Shown in pieces: positions 12,420 through 24,849 of a stretch of 64,000 nucleotides of DNA (position 1 is the first letter of the stretch; each line of letters opens with the position of its first letter). Under the pieces are notes generated by a model that made no database searches, had not been told where the DNA came from, and was given only the letters and a program-made list of their open reading frames with translations. Made by a program: the position numbers and the translations under genes. The stretch comes from Octopus vulgaris (Eukaryota). The DNA is taken from NCBI GenBank assembly GCA_951406725.2, contig OX597816.1, forward strand, positions 180,854,001 through 180,918,000, in the 5' to 3' direction.

Positions 12420-13827
12420 TCACTGCCTGGAATCGAACTCGGAATCTTGGGGTTAGTAGCCCGTGGGCATATGGCGTAGTGGTTAACTATATTCCAAACA
12501 TCAACTTACTAATGGCAAGAATTCATTGTTTTACTATATCTCTTAAAATTCTTGATTAAAATTAGTATCTCATATCACGATTTTCCGAAAGTCAGTCAGG
12601 ATAAAAATTCATTGTTCACTGCTCACTCAAATGTATGTATTTTACTATTTCTGTTATCGGTTTCGATGTTTCATTTGTTTCTTGGACAAGTTGAAAATAA
12701 TGTGGAAATTTTCGTTAAATGGGAAGGAAACCTCGCTTTGAGATAAAAGCCATGTTTGTCGAACATTTAATTTCTGTTAACCAACACCTTGTCTTCCCTC
12801 CAAAAATAGTAAATGGATTTTGTCCTTTAAAATGAAGATTTTCCAATGCACAGATGAGTTTCGTCACGTTTCTTGCATTCCGCGAATTATATTTGAAATA
12901 ATTCGTTGACTAACTTATCATTTGTAACATAATTACTTCTATTCATTACATTTCATCTTTATTTACGAAGTTTTAGTTCTATTTATTTGCTTTTTTAATT
13001 ATATTTCTCTGAAGAAGGATTTCTATGCAGGCAAATTCTTGGTATTGATTATAGAGCAAGGACCTTGTTTAAACAATTGGAATTATTTGTTTCTCTCCAG
13101 TCTTTTCCGTTTCTTTGTAAGGTTAGCTTCGCTTGTTTGTGTTTTGCACCAGACTTCATCTTCCATAGAGATTATCTCAATAGAAAGCTACGTCAGGCGA
13201 CAGTCATATTCTGTTGAAAAGAAAACAAAGTGTAAAAAAAAACACTAAAGAATGCATTACCATTCATGACTGTAATTATTGAATATCCACCGAAGCTGTT
13301 TGCATAAGGAAGTATCTCTTCATTGCTATTTCATTCATAGACACCAGGCTAATTTATTTCTCTCTTCACAAGACATATGTGCGGCAAAGATCAAAAGAAC
13401 TGCTTGCGTCAATAATTTCCCAACATCTCAGCCGAGTCAGTTGGAAATAAAAAGAAATCTGTGAACTATTCATATTGTTTCCGTAAAATAGAATGGTAAA
13501 TGAAATTTCCTGAGAATGGAACAATTTCATGCAACCATAAAATTCCTTCATACTTTGCAACACTTTTTTCGTTGTCTTCACTAATCTATTTTAGAAATAA
13601 TGAAGAATGTGACTTCTTGTAGAAAAGATGTTTTATATTTGCGAACTTGCACGCATACAATCACATACATGTACACATATTCATTCACATGCACACATCA
13701 ACTTATACACACACATATACTTTTATAACCTTTCAAATTTACTTATGCAACACACACAGTCACTCACTGACATACACACATCCAGGCACATACACACAAG
13801 TTCAGAAAATGCATAGATGTGTTTATA

Positions 13828-13947
13828 TACATGGTTCCGGACTCAGTTCCACTACGTGACACTTTGGGCGTCTTCTACTATAGCTTCGGGCCGACCAAAG
13901 CCTTGTGAGTGGATTTGGTAGACGGAAACTGAAAAAAGCCTGTCGTA
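13828..13947 (+). mobile_element. CORE-type SINE fragment
   Basis: Matches 4270-4392. Confidence 0.85.
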
Positions 13948-13961
13948 TATATATATATATA

Positions 13962-14476
13962 TAATTATCAATAATAATATAGGGTGAAATGAATTAATTT
14001 GGAATAATCATTAATTTCACCAAGTAGATTTCGGCATGTAAAAGCCCCATTCAAGGAAGGTTTAAGTAATACTAAGTAATTAAGGGTTTAGCAACGATTT
14101 GCCTCACCACACACCGAATTTAGAAATAGCAATGTTTCTAGTGCCTTCAAATTTAATACACAATTATGAATAATTGAGACGCAATTATTTATAATTGAAG
14201 AGTCCTACGCTGAAGAGAAAAATAGTTGGGTAAGACATAATTATTTAATTTTCATGCTTTCCTATGACTTAATTTCGAAACGTACGTCCGTAGGTGACTT
14301 AATATAGAATGATTGTCGTCATTTCTTTCTCTTTTGCCTGCGTTGTTTGCTTTTTAAGTGCTGTGGTTTTACTGGGATCTCCCTTTTAAGTAGAAAGAAT
14401 AGCCATAACTCTTTGACTGCTATTTCTAAATTCGGTGTGTGGTGAGGCAAATCGTTGCTAAACCCTTAATTACTTA

Positions 14477-14480
<4 letters not shown>
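13962..14480 (+). mobile_element. (AT)n-flanked Penelope-like non-autonomous element with an inverted terminal segment
   Basis: 63-bp perfect inverted repeat at 14069-14131 / 14418-14480, an internal hammerhead and (AT)n on both sides. Related to 37599-38010 and 38320-38400. Confidence 0.7.
14204..14294 (+). ncRNA. Type I hammerhead ribozyme motif with long stem II
   Basis: CCTACG-CTGAAGA-GAAA...TTTC-GAAAC-GTAC-GTC-CGTAGG. Stem I is 6 bp, the core is canonical and the cleavage triplet is GUC. Confidence 0.8.
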
Positions 14481-14515
<35 letters not shown>

Positions 14516-14524
14516 AGGGGTATG

Positions 14525-16215
14525 GTTATTCAAGGTCTGATGAGGCAGCTGCATTGTTTTTTTCGCTTCTGACGTTTGTCTTCAAGAGAGGCGCTGCGAG
14601 AAATCTCAAAGAAGGAAACAACATCGCTGACGGTGTGACGCCAAGCTGATCTTAAGATGCTTGTTGTTCCACACACGCTTTTACAGTCTGCTAAATGCCT
14701 TGTTTGCCTTTGAAAATATGTCAATTTCTTTATTGATATTCGCGTCTGATGAGATTGTATATCCAAGAACTGCTGTACCAACTTCAGTTCTGCTTCAGGA
14801 ATGGTGATGTGGGGTGGGTTGTACTCTTCCTCAGGAGCTAGTTGGTGTAGGACTTCAGTCTTTTTCAAGCTTATTTCTATCTTGAAGAGCTGGGCGGCCT
14901 CTGCAAATCAGGATGTGATGCGCTGCAGGGCTCTTTCTGTGTGTGCGACAAGTGCGGCATCATCTACAAAGAGATGGTCCAGGATCAATTGCTCTTGGGT
15001 CTTGTTATGGGCCTGTAGGCGCCAAGGTTGAAAAGACTACCATCAAGACGGTACCTGATGTAAACGCAGTCTTCAGCTTCGAGGTCTGCAGTGGTCTGCC
15101 TAAACATCATGCTGAAGAAAATGCTGAAGAGAGTTGGTGACAGGACACAACCCTGCTTCATGCCGTTGTTGATGGGGAATGGCTCTGATATGTCGCTGTT
15201 CAGGCAGACTTGTCTTTGTTGGTATTCATGAAGTTGAATGATGATTGTTAGGAATTTTGGGGGACAACCGAGTCGGTTTAGAATCTGCCACAGACCTTTT
15301 TCTGCTCACAGTGTCGAACGCTTTTGTCAGATCGACAAATGCTGCATAAAGTACTTTGTTTTACTCCCGGGACTTTTCTTGGAGATGCTTGAGAACGAAA
15401 ACAATATTTGTGGCGCACTTTTTGGCTCTGAAACCATATTGGCTTTCTGGGAAATGATTTTCGGCGATGGGCAGAACAAGTCTGTTGAGGATCAATCTTG
15501 CTAGAACTTTTCCTGCAGGGTGATCCCCCGGTAGTTTGAAGTCTGACTTGCCCGTTTGCTTTTGTACAGTGTAATGATGACAGCATCGCGGAGATTTTGT
15601 GGCAACTTGCCCTATTCCCAGTATGCAACGAGGAGCTCGTGGAGTTTAGCATGTAGGACAAGGCCCTCATGATTCCATGTCTCTGGTTGTATGCCATCGA
15701 CTCCTGCTGCATTTCTAATCTTCAGCCGGCCTATAGCAACTGTGGTCTCTTCCAGGGTTAGAGGCTCATCTAGTTCCATTCTGATTGGTTGTTGCTGGAT
15801 CAGTACATCGTTTTCGTCAAACCAGTCCGTGTTCTTCTTATTCTTCGTAAACCCAAGGATTTCTGCAGAGGTCTGTAGAATGGCGGTTTTCAATTGCTCC
15901 CATAGGATTTCTGGAAAGGTATCTAAGGGGTAATTCGATTGATCAAGCTTTGCCTGTAGGCCTGCCTGGAAGTTTACTATCACTTCGTTTAACTGCAGAT
16001 CGCTATTTTTGATTTTCTTGTTGGCTGGTCCTCTCTTTTTTTTAGTGTGGGCTTGAAGTGAGGTTATAGTTTGCAACGGACGAGGTGATGGTCAGTATGG
16101 CATTTTGCGCATGGCAGGACCCTGGTGTGCATAACGTCAGACTGGTCTCTTGGCGCACTAGAACGGAGCCGAGGAGGTGCCAATGTTTTGATTGGGGATG
16201 CATCCAGGTTGTTTT
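14525..16215 (-). pseudogene. RTE/BovB-like LINE, decayed endonuclease end plus RT
   Basis: Motifs WMHPQSKHWHLL, DWFDEND, AAGVDGIQPETW, PINNGMKQGCVLSPTLFSIFFSM, LFVDDAALVAH and KKTEVLHQ. Many frameshifts and deletions. Confidence 0.9.
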
Positions 16216-16838
16216 TCATCTCTCTTGGTTTGATAAAATAAGTATCAATTGTGTACTAGGGTCTATTCAACAGATTACTATTATTTCACTCAAAGACATT
16301 AACATTATGCCATTGAACAAGACACTTCATTTTTATGTTGCTTCAGTCAATTCAGCTGAAAACAAAGCGCTAGCAGCAGTGGCTGGAGATCGACATTGCT
16401 GTGAATCAGCGTCCAGTCAAGGGGCAGAGTGTCACGTGCTATTAGTCACTTATACACCTCGAAAACCGAGAAAACTAGGATAAGCTTCGGTTTAATGAGC
16501 TCTCGTAGATTGGACAAAGACTTGAACTTTAACACTTGCACACATGCACGCACGCACACACACACACACACACACGAACACGCACGCACGCACACACACA
16601 CAATGCAAACACTTTTTTTACTATTAATCGGGAAAAGTTACAAAAGTGACTCAAAGTTTCCTAAGTGCCAAGTATGAAACTGTTGAGCCTGGACCCACTT
16701 CTGTAAATTTTTGCATGTATATATTATATATATATAGTTAATCCAAGCATGAAAACACAAAGAGAAAACACAACAACGCGAGGACGTGGAACAAGTATAG
16801 TGTTATTGGACGCTCAGGAAAGGAAAGAAAGAAGGAGG

Positions 16839-16873
16839 GTTCAACGTTTCGAGCGGATCTTTTCGTCAGAAAC
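16839..16873 (-). ncRNA. Minimal hammerhead motif in a short Penelope-like element (16738-16935)
   Basis: GTTT-CTGACGA-stem II (mutated)-GAAAC-GTT-GAAC. Same family as 38131-38165. Confidence 0.55.
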
Positions 16874-16960
16874 ATAGGAAAAGGAAAGGTCCAAGGAAGG
16901 AAAAAAAATCGCCAACGATACACACGCGGTCACATATTTATTTATTTATTTATTTAATTA

Positions 16961-17473
16961 CTAGCAGTATCGCCCGGCGTTGCTCGGGTTTGTAAGGGAA
17001 ATAACTATATAAGCATTTTTAGAGAGTTACTTCCCTTATAGATGCCAATTCGGGCTTTCTTAGCCATTTCTGTTTTGGTGTCTTCAAGCCATGAAGTCGT
17101 TGTTCTAAAAGAACGCTGGTCTCCTTGACAACGCTTTACGACGTTGATTTCCTTACACTCCCTTCCCCACAGCTTCACGAGGGAGGGAAGAAGGGGGAGA
17201 AGCAAACAGGTGCAGCTGTGAGCGTGGACACCAACTCCGCCGCCATCGACACACGAAAAATTATGCATTAAAATGGAATAAAAAATGATGTTAAATTATT
17301 TTTAAAATCCTAGACTCATCGTAGACGCGCGCTAATACCCAGACGGGCTCGATATGAATCACGACTATAAGATACCCGAATTTGGTTAAACTGCACCGCA
17401 AAATGTGGGAGTAGTTAGGAATCTAAATCGAAGGGGACAGACACTCACACAACTACAGTTTTATATATATAGA
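16961..17473 (-). mobile_element. Non-autonomous Helitron
   Basis: The minus strand reads TCTATATATATAAAA...CCCGAGCAACGCCGGG-CGATACTG-CTAG. Inserted at A^T inside an (ATTT)n tract. Confidence 0.85.
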
Positions 17474-17751
17474 TTTATTTATTTATTTATTTGTAAACCG
17501 TAAAAAGCCAAGAAGTATGAGAGATGAATATATTAATTTAACCTCTTGTTATCCGTAGGATTACAGCCATTTCGCAGCCTTCAGATTATTTTACATACCT
17601 TTACCAATATGCACACTACGCATTGTACAATACAACTGTACATTACAAATCAATACAGATAAAGAAAGCTAACTCATCAGACAAGCAGAATATCATGGTT
17701 ACCCCAATGTTTCAAATTTACGTATACGTACAAAATTTTCCTTTATATATA

Positions 17752-17858
17752 TAGCGCAGGAGTGGCTGTAGGGTAAGTAGCTTGCTTACCAATCACATGG
17801 TTCCGGGTTCAGTCCCACAGCGTGGCACCTTAGACAAGTGTCTTCTACTATAACCCCA
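17752..17858 (+). mobile_element. CORE-type SINE 5' fragment
   Basis: Matches 4228-4332. Confidence 0.85.
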
Positions 17859-18007
17859 GATCTTATATCGTAGATACATACCTATATAAGCGCATTCAGC
17901 TGCATACATCCCCCACACACATATGCATATATACACGTATACGTACATGTATATACAGTCATAAACACAACATATAATATACATAGACTCACGCACTCAG
18001 ATACAAC

Positions 18008-18435
<428 letters not shown>

Positions 18436-19245
18436 ACATGCAGAAATCCCTGGCTTTACGGAAGTAACGCGTTCCTAGAACTGGCCGTAACGCGAAATTC
18501 CGTAAAGCGTAATTATTGATTTTCATATTTATCAACTGAGATTGCGTTCCTACGGACTTTTACGAAAAAAAGAAAAGAACAGGCAACACGGTTAACTTCA
18601 CTCATGAAAACCACTATTTTTGTAAATATACACGGTACTGTAACGATTGTAGTGTGTATGAATATCTTGTCTTGTACTTTCGGGGTACAAGAAAGCAATC
18701 ACTCACTAGCCGTTGCTTTAATAATCCAGAATCTCTGCCCGTCAGAAACAACAAGACGCAGACGTAAAATATACATATAACTACTTTATTCTCTTTCTTG
18801 GTAACAATAACAATAAGTGTGTTATCTGATGTCCTTAGTTCTGGGCGCGCAAGGCTGAAAGTTAATCGATTGTAATATTTACAATGTTCAGCCGCCCAAA
18901 ACAGAAGCGGATTCAAGATGGCGTCGAACAATGGAGACGATGTTAGTCTGCAACAATCCAGGTTAAAGGCCTTTTGGTAAGGACTGCTAGAATCAGTTCG
19001 AACGGAGAGAAAATATTAACGTCCTGCTCCTTAGGTCGCTACTGTCCCAAGTCGCCGCTGCTGCTGCTAGCGGTCAAACGTTCTACGGCCCCTTGCCTCG
19101 CTAACTGCTACGTAGGCAATAGGGTTCTTCTTCCGGTGCTTCGTGCATGCGCGAGAGGGCCCTTCCTCTCACTTGGTGAAGGCACCAACACGCGCGAAAT
19201 ACAAATGGACAGTGCGCGAGCGCGCGCCGCTATAGGGTCACTACA

Positions 19246-19259
19246 GGCTCCCCTCCAGT
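19246..19259 (-). promoter_or_regulatory. Polypurine tract of the LTR element
   Basis: ACTGGAGGGGAGCC immediately 5' of the 3' LTR on the minus strand. Confidence 0.8.
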
Positions 19260-20764
19260 GCGTACGCACGAAAGGAAACTTATTGTAGTGACTGCAAAAC
19301 TCAAGGTGGACACCAGATAACCAAATAGCACACAATAATATAATGTCAAAATTTATAACATACACAAGAAATTTACTAAAGGAAAAAGAGAAAAAATACT
19401 CAATGAGCAAAAATCAAGAGTGCATGCATGAAAGTGTATACGTCACAAAGTATAAACCCTTCCGCTGAAAGGAGCGGAGGGAAAGCAAAACTCACAGTCA
19501 ATGAACCTAGGCGAAATTAAAATCCAACTTCTCTAAAGGTAGTTGATCCTGCGAAATAGCAGTTAAATCAATTGCTGCAGGAGAGGAAATGGAATTGACA
19601 GAAGCTCGCTAGTAACACAAAAGGCAAAAGTGCAAACATGCTGGTGTGATGCGCGACACAGATAATTTTCTGTTAATTACGTGACCAACAGTGGTCTAAC
19701 AGGGAAAAATAATTACGCCTAAACATGGCGCAGCGCATGTGAACATCCGACGTCCTATGAGTCGGGAAAAACTAAGCTACTGCAAACGTGTTGCAAAAAA
19801 CAAGGCAATACACGTGCGAAGCAAGGCGCATGAAATGCAATAGTGCTTGCCAGACCGAAAAAACAGCAATGAATATGCCTGTGGTTAAGCGATTATATGC
19901 CTCGTTCGTACAGGAACAAAAGTATGACATGCTGGCGCGTTATAATGGACAAACAACCCTCTCTATGTATACGTGACCGCTAGGGTCTATAGAAATGAGG
20001 GGTGTCCACAAAAGGCAAATTTAGCATGAAACAAAACAAGCGAGAAAAGCATGTGTGACGTATGTATGTGAGAGATAGCATTTATGTGTGTGTACGTGTG
20101 TGCGACAGAAATACATACAAGGTGAATGCGAGCAAAATATAAAAACAGCGCATAGAAAAAATGTCTCTCAGGGCTATTCCAGACAAGAATTAATTTACCA
20201 GTCTCTAATAGCCTGATGTACAATAGCAGTTCGTTCTGTAACAGAATGTTGAGATCACAAAATGCAGATGCCGGTTGAACACATATCGTGTAGCGGTCGT
20301 GGCTTCAATGCTGTGACAGGTTAACTGGAACAGAAGAATCTCGTAGATAGACGGTGCTGTTTATCCTTGGTGTGCATATGCACAAAACAGCGTGCGCGCT
20401 AAAGTTCCGCGAGTTGCTATGTACATCTTGGTGGAGGTCGACGGTGTTGAAAGGCGACGGTGGTAGTGGAAGGCGACTGTAGTGGACTTGAGACAACATC
20501 GTTCTTAGTGATGATGGCGACGAAGATAGCGACGACGTGAAGTAGAAAGACGACGATGATGATGACGAAGGTGGAGAAAAGGCATCGAATATATGATGGT
20601 GTTCGTCATCATGGCTGTAGAATAAGAAAGAGGCTCCTTCTACAACTGTTTGTGGTGGCCGGAAACAAATCGTCGAAAGGTGAATGCGTAGAGTTAAATC
20701 GTGTTCCGACTTCGCAGAAAAACTGGATTTCTTTGTTGATAAGTGATCTCTGGTTTTAGACCAG

Positions 20765-20785
20765 AATCACGTCGGGAGGTCACCA
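20765..20785 (-). promoter_or_regulatory. Primer binding site, tRNA-Trp type
   Basis: TGGTGACCTCCCGACGTGATT lies 1 nt after the 5' LTR. It is complementary to the metazoan tRNA-Trp 3' end AATCACGTCGGGGTCACCA apart from 2 extra nt. Confidence 0.85.
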
Positions 20786-22781
20786 GTGTTACGAGCTTAG
20801 CGTGTGTGTGTGAATATCTGTTCTTGTACTTTCGGGGTACAAGAAAGCAATCACTTACTCGTTCGTTAATTAATAATCCAGAATCTCTGCCCGTCAGAAA
20901 CAACAAGACGCAAACGTAAAATATATATAACTACTTTATTCTCTTTCTTGTGAACAATAACAATAAGTGTGTTATCTGATGTCCTTGGTTCTGGGCGCGC
21001 AAGGCTGAAAGTTAATCGATTGTAATATTTACAATATTCAGCCGCATAAACAGAACTGGTCCAAGATGGCGTCGAACAATGGAGACGATGTTGGTCTGCA
21101 ACAATTTTGGTTAAAGGCTTTTTGGTAAGGACTGCTAGAATCAGTTCGAACGGAGAGAAAATATTAACGTCCTGCTCCTTAGGTCGCTACTGTCCCAAGT
21201 CGCCGCTGCTGCTGCTAGCGGTCAAACGTTCTACGGCCCCTTGCCTCGCTAACTGCTACGTAGGCAATAGGGTTCTTCTTCCGGTGCTTCGCGCATGCGC
21301 GAGAGGGCCCTTCCTCTCACTTGGTGAAGGCACCAACACGCGCGAAATACAAATGGACAGTGCGCGAGCGCGCGCCGCTATAGGGTCACTACAGTACAAT
21401 ATAGATAGATAAAAGAAGAAGAAACATACCAAGACGAATAAGATAAGGAACTAATACGAATCATAATACCGTAAGAGTATGTTCTTGCCGCAAAAGATGT
21501 TGACAATTCTGTACGGGATGGTGGTGGAATGAGCGTTACGAGGAGGATGAGGGACAATATTTACCATCTATACGGCCAGACTATATCCGTGACATTACAA
21601 GTTTTCCTCAAGCAGAATATCTACATCAAATTAGAAAAGATATCACCAACATCAGCAAAAACCTGCAGACCTGCCTTTATTAATGCCAAGCCTTTAACAA
21701 TAATTTTTATAATTAATTTAAGTAGTGCAGGTGGAACTTCCGTTGTGTCGTCTTTATTTCCAGCTTGTTCTTTTCCTAACGGCATCAGCTCCTACAAGTG
21801 TAGTGTCATGATATCTTTTCTAATTTGATGTAGATATTCTGCTTGAGGAAAACTTGTAATGTCACGGATATAGTCTGGCCGTATATTTTCCAAGCACTAT
21901 TCAAAGCTGAAGGGTTCACTTCATCCCATGACTCAGCAATATGTTGAATTTCTATTAGAAATCTTTAACTGTAGATTTATCCTCCCATCAATTGCTTTCA
22001 TAAGTCATTTGAAAGTTCGCGTATAATATGCTTTGAAGTTAGCTATCACATTTTGATCCATTGGCTGAAGCATAGAAGTTGTATTCTTGGGGATATATTC
22101 CAGTCTCGCATTATCAAAAAGATCATCTAAGTTCGCTGGGTGGTTCGGTGCACTATGTAAAATAAAGTCATGTTTTGTTGAAAATATTATGTTGTACCCG
22201 ATATAATGATCCATGCCTTCTCATTTGAATGCCAAATCAGAGGCAGATAAAACTTTGTGTAACTCGGAGCGATACACGTGTAAGGGCTTTAATTTCATAT
22301 CTCCAAAGAAGTGTCAGGCAATTTTATATGAATATAAATACACAGTTCTACAATTAGTTGCAGTCCCTGTATCAGCGCTCGCAGTTTCACCAGTAATATT
22401 TATGTTGTGCAAACTAATGCGCTTCTTAAAACTTCCAAACCAGACTTTACTAGTCAAAGAGGAGTTTTCATTAGAAATTTCACATTCCTTATTCAACAAA
22501 TCGTCGTGTAAATTTTTAGCTCTGTCTTGAATTACCGACGTGTTTATTGGCACATTACACAGATTCTGATCCTAGATCCATACGCTCAAGAGTCATTCCA
22601 TTTTAACGGTTTATATACTAATGAAATGATATCATCGATTGGATTTCATGGATTTCAGCTGCATAGAGCTCTGAATTATACTCCTCCATACTGAACAACT
22701 ACATGGTAGTTCAATATGATAGCCTGGTCCACTAGAGGAGTTTTCTGTGATGGCCACAATTCTATCAATCCATATATTGCA

Positions 22782-22822
<41 letters not shown>

Positions 22823-22832
22823 CACACACATA

Positions 22833-24080
22833 CTGGGTGTGATGGGTAAACTGCCGCCATTTTATATTTTTAATTTCGCGCATATGCATTGTTTGTTTTT
22901 GATTTTGTCAACTACACAGTATAGTAGGGTCAATTGGGCACCGTTTGTGAGAAAAACAGCACCATGACGCCATTCACTCTGCCAGAAATTTGGAAACGAC
23001 ATGATGTACTGTTTGGCATTCGCACCAGAAGCTCCAATACGAATATTTCAGGGTACTTGAGTGTCAATCTGAAGACAGTGCAGAGGATTCGGAAAGAATT
23101 GGATTTCGAAGCTACGACATCTCGGAAAACTCACTCTGATCAATCTCTTAAGAAAAGAACTGAATTGGTTGGCGAGATCCAGATCATGATTGACAATGAT
23201 CCCTCCAAGTCAATCAGGTCCATCGCCAGGGACATGGGAGTGTCTGAGTTTCTTATCAGGCAGGTAGTGCTTGAAGACATTTGGTATTCCTCATACATTA
23301 TGAGAAAGGGACAATTCTACTCCCATCAAAGCCATCAAAGTCAAGAGGAAAGACCGCGCTACGAAGCTTTTGAGCTAACTCAAGCATCCTCTTCTACCGA
23401 ACAGACGAGAAAATTTCTGCCAGGATCAGATGGTAAACATACAGAACAACTGTTGGCTTGCCATGACCCCAAAACATGTACCAAGAGGGATAAAAAATCA
23501 AACATCCAGTCAAAATCATAGTGTTTGGAGTGATCACTAGTGATGGCGACGTTATGCCTCCGTTCATCTTCCCATAAGGCCTCAGACTCAACACGGAGGC
23601 CTTCATCAAGTGACTGGAGGTGGTAGTGCTGCCCTGGTTCAAGAGACTGGCTACTGGACAACCCTCTCTGACAATGGGACCCTGCGTCATGCCATACAAG
23701 CAGGAGAACTCAGTTATGGATGTCAGACAATTTCTGCGACCACATCACCCCTAACATCTGGCCACCTAACTCCTCAGACTGCAACAACCTTGATAATTAT
23801 GTGTGGGACGCAGCTGAGCGAGAGACCAACAAAACTTTTTGCAACACCAAAGATGATCTGAAGGCAAAGATTATAGCAGCATTCACCAACTTAAACAAAG
23901 AGACCGTCCAGAAAAGTTGCATGAGATTCTGAGTCTGGAGGCGATTTTATTGAATAAATTAACTCTTTAGTATTTCAAGATATTTTTATGTAACTTTGGA
24001 AGATATATCTGTTAAAATGAGATATCAGTGTTATTTTCATTTTTGCGTAATTTAGACGATAACATATTCAGCGCACCCTG
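22833..24080 (+). pseudogene. Tc1/mariner-superfamily transposon relic, maT/DD37D-like
   Basis: Degenerate TIRs after TA; HTH (DPSKSIRSIARDMGVSE); VFGVITSDGDVMPPFIFP; WPPNSSDCNNLDNYVW. Contains stops and frameshifts. Confidence 0.88.
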
Positions 24081-24142
24081 AATACACACACACACAAATA
24101 CATACATACATACATACATATATATATACATACATATACATA

Positions 24143-24197
<55 letters not shown>

Positions 24198-24703
24198 TAT
24201 GTATATATGTACATATATATATAATACACACACATATATGTATATATATACATATATACATATACACCAGCACACACACTAGCACTGACCACTTCCCAGC
24301 ACCTACACCTTCATCCACACACCTACACATGCACACACGCACACGTCAATGTCACCAACCCCCTTACACATGCACTTACACGATCTCACATACACACGCT
24401 CCCGCACCTTCATTTTGGAATCACCACTATTCTATTATCTCCCCTTCTTCCTAGCTCTCCTGTGCAACCCCTCTATACGGCATTCGCCATGATAGATCCC
24501 TAGCCACTAAACCTTTTTCTATTTTCTCACCCAGTTTATTTCTGTGTTCATTTCTGTCGAAGAACGTAGGATCGAAACTTCCCGAACGTTAAACTAATAC
24601 AACTGTTTGTTGTTTACACACCCGTCTTTGTCTTGTTTTTTTTTGTAAATTATCACTACACACACATACACACAAACACACACATATATATATATATGTG
24701 TAT

Positions 24704-24783
<80 letters not shown>

Positions 24784-24849
24784 TATACATATACCCGTAC
24801 ATACACACACATATACATATATATAAGAAGCATTGGTTATAGAACAAAC

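Larger units (their letters stand above)
11668..12484 (-). mobile_element. Non-coding element with a tRNA-like head and hammerhead tail, interrupted by a 530-bp insert in its (ATT)n tract
   Basis: B box GAGTTCGATTCC on - (12429-12440); A-box half GGGCATATGGCGTAGTGGTT inverted on + (12465-12484); hammerhead at 11722-11767; AATGTAAAT tandem tail. Confidence 0.6.
18639..21393 (-). mobile_element. Complete non-autonomous Ty3/gypsy-type LTR retroelement
   Basis: LTRs at 18639-19245 and 20787-21393 (607 bp each, TG...CA), 4-bp TSD GTAC (18635-18638 and 21394-21397), PBS and PPT present. The 1.54-kb interior has no gag/pol ORF. Confidence 0.92.
18441..22620 (-). pseudogene. Tigger/pogo-like DNA transposon relic split by an LTR element
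   Basis: CENP-B HTH-like ORF 22314-22553 (SKVWFGSFKKR..ITGETASAD) and DDE_1-like ORF 22005-22214 (HPANL..PKNTTSMLQPMDQNVIANFKAYY). A pogo-like terminus CAGAAATCCCTGGCTTTACG lies at 18441; the 5' end is not seen. Confidence 0.8.

Noticed and set aside
17557-17684. Further hammerhead candidates (also about 28325-28355, 29455-29492, 43390-43450 and 51412-51505)
   Set aside because: The core or stem I is too degenerate to support a call.
20765-20785. tRNA-Trp gene
   Set aside because: Only the 3'-terminal segment including CCA is present, next to an LTR; it is a PBS.
18974-21412. Two nearly identical ORFs of about 100 aa suggesting a duplicated gene
   Set aside because: Both lie within the two LTRs, begin at TTG and show no protein motif.
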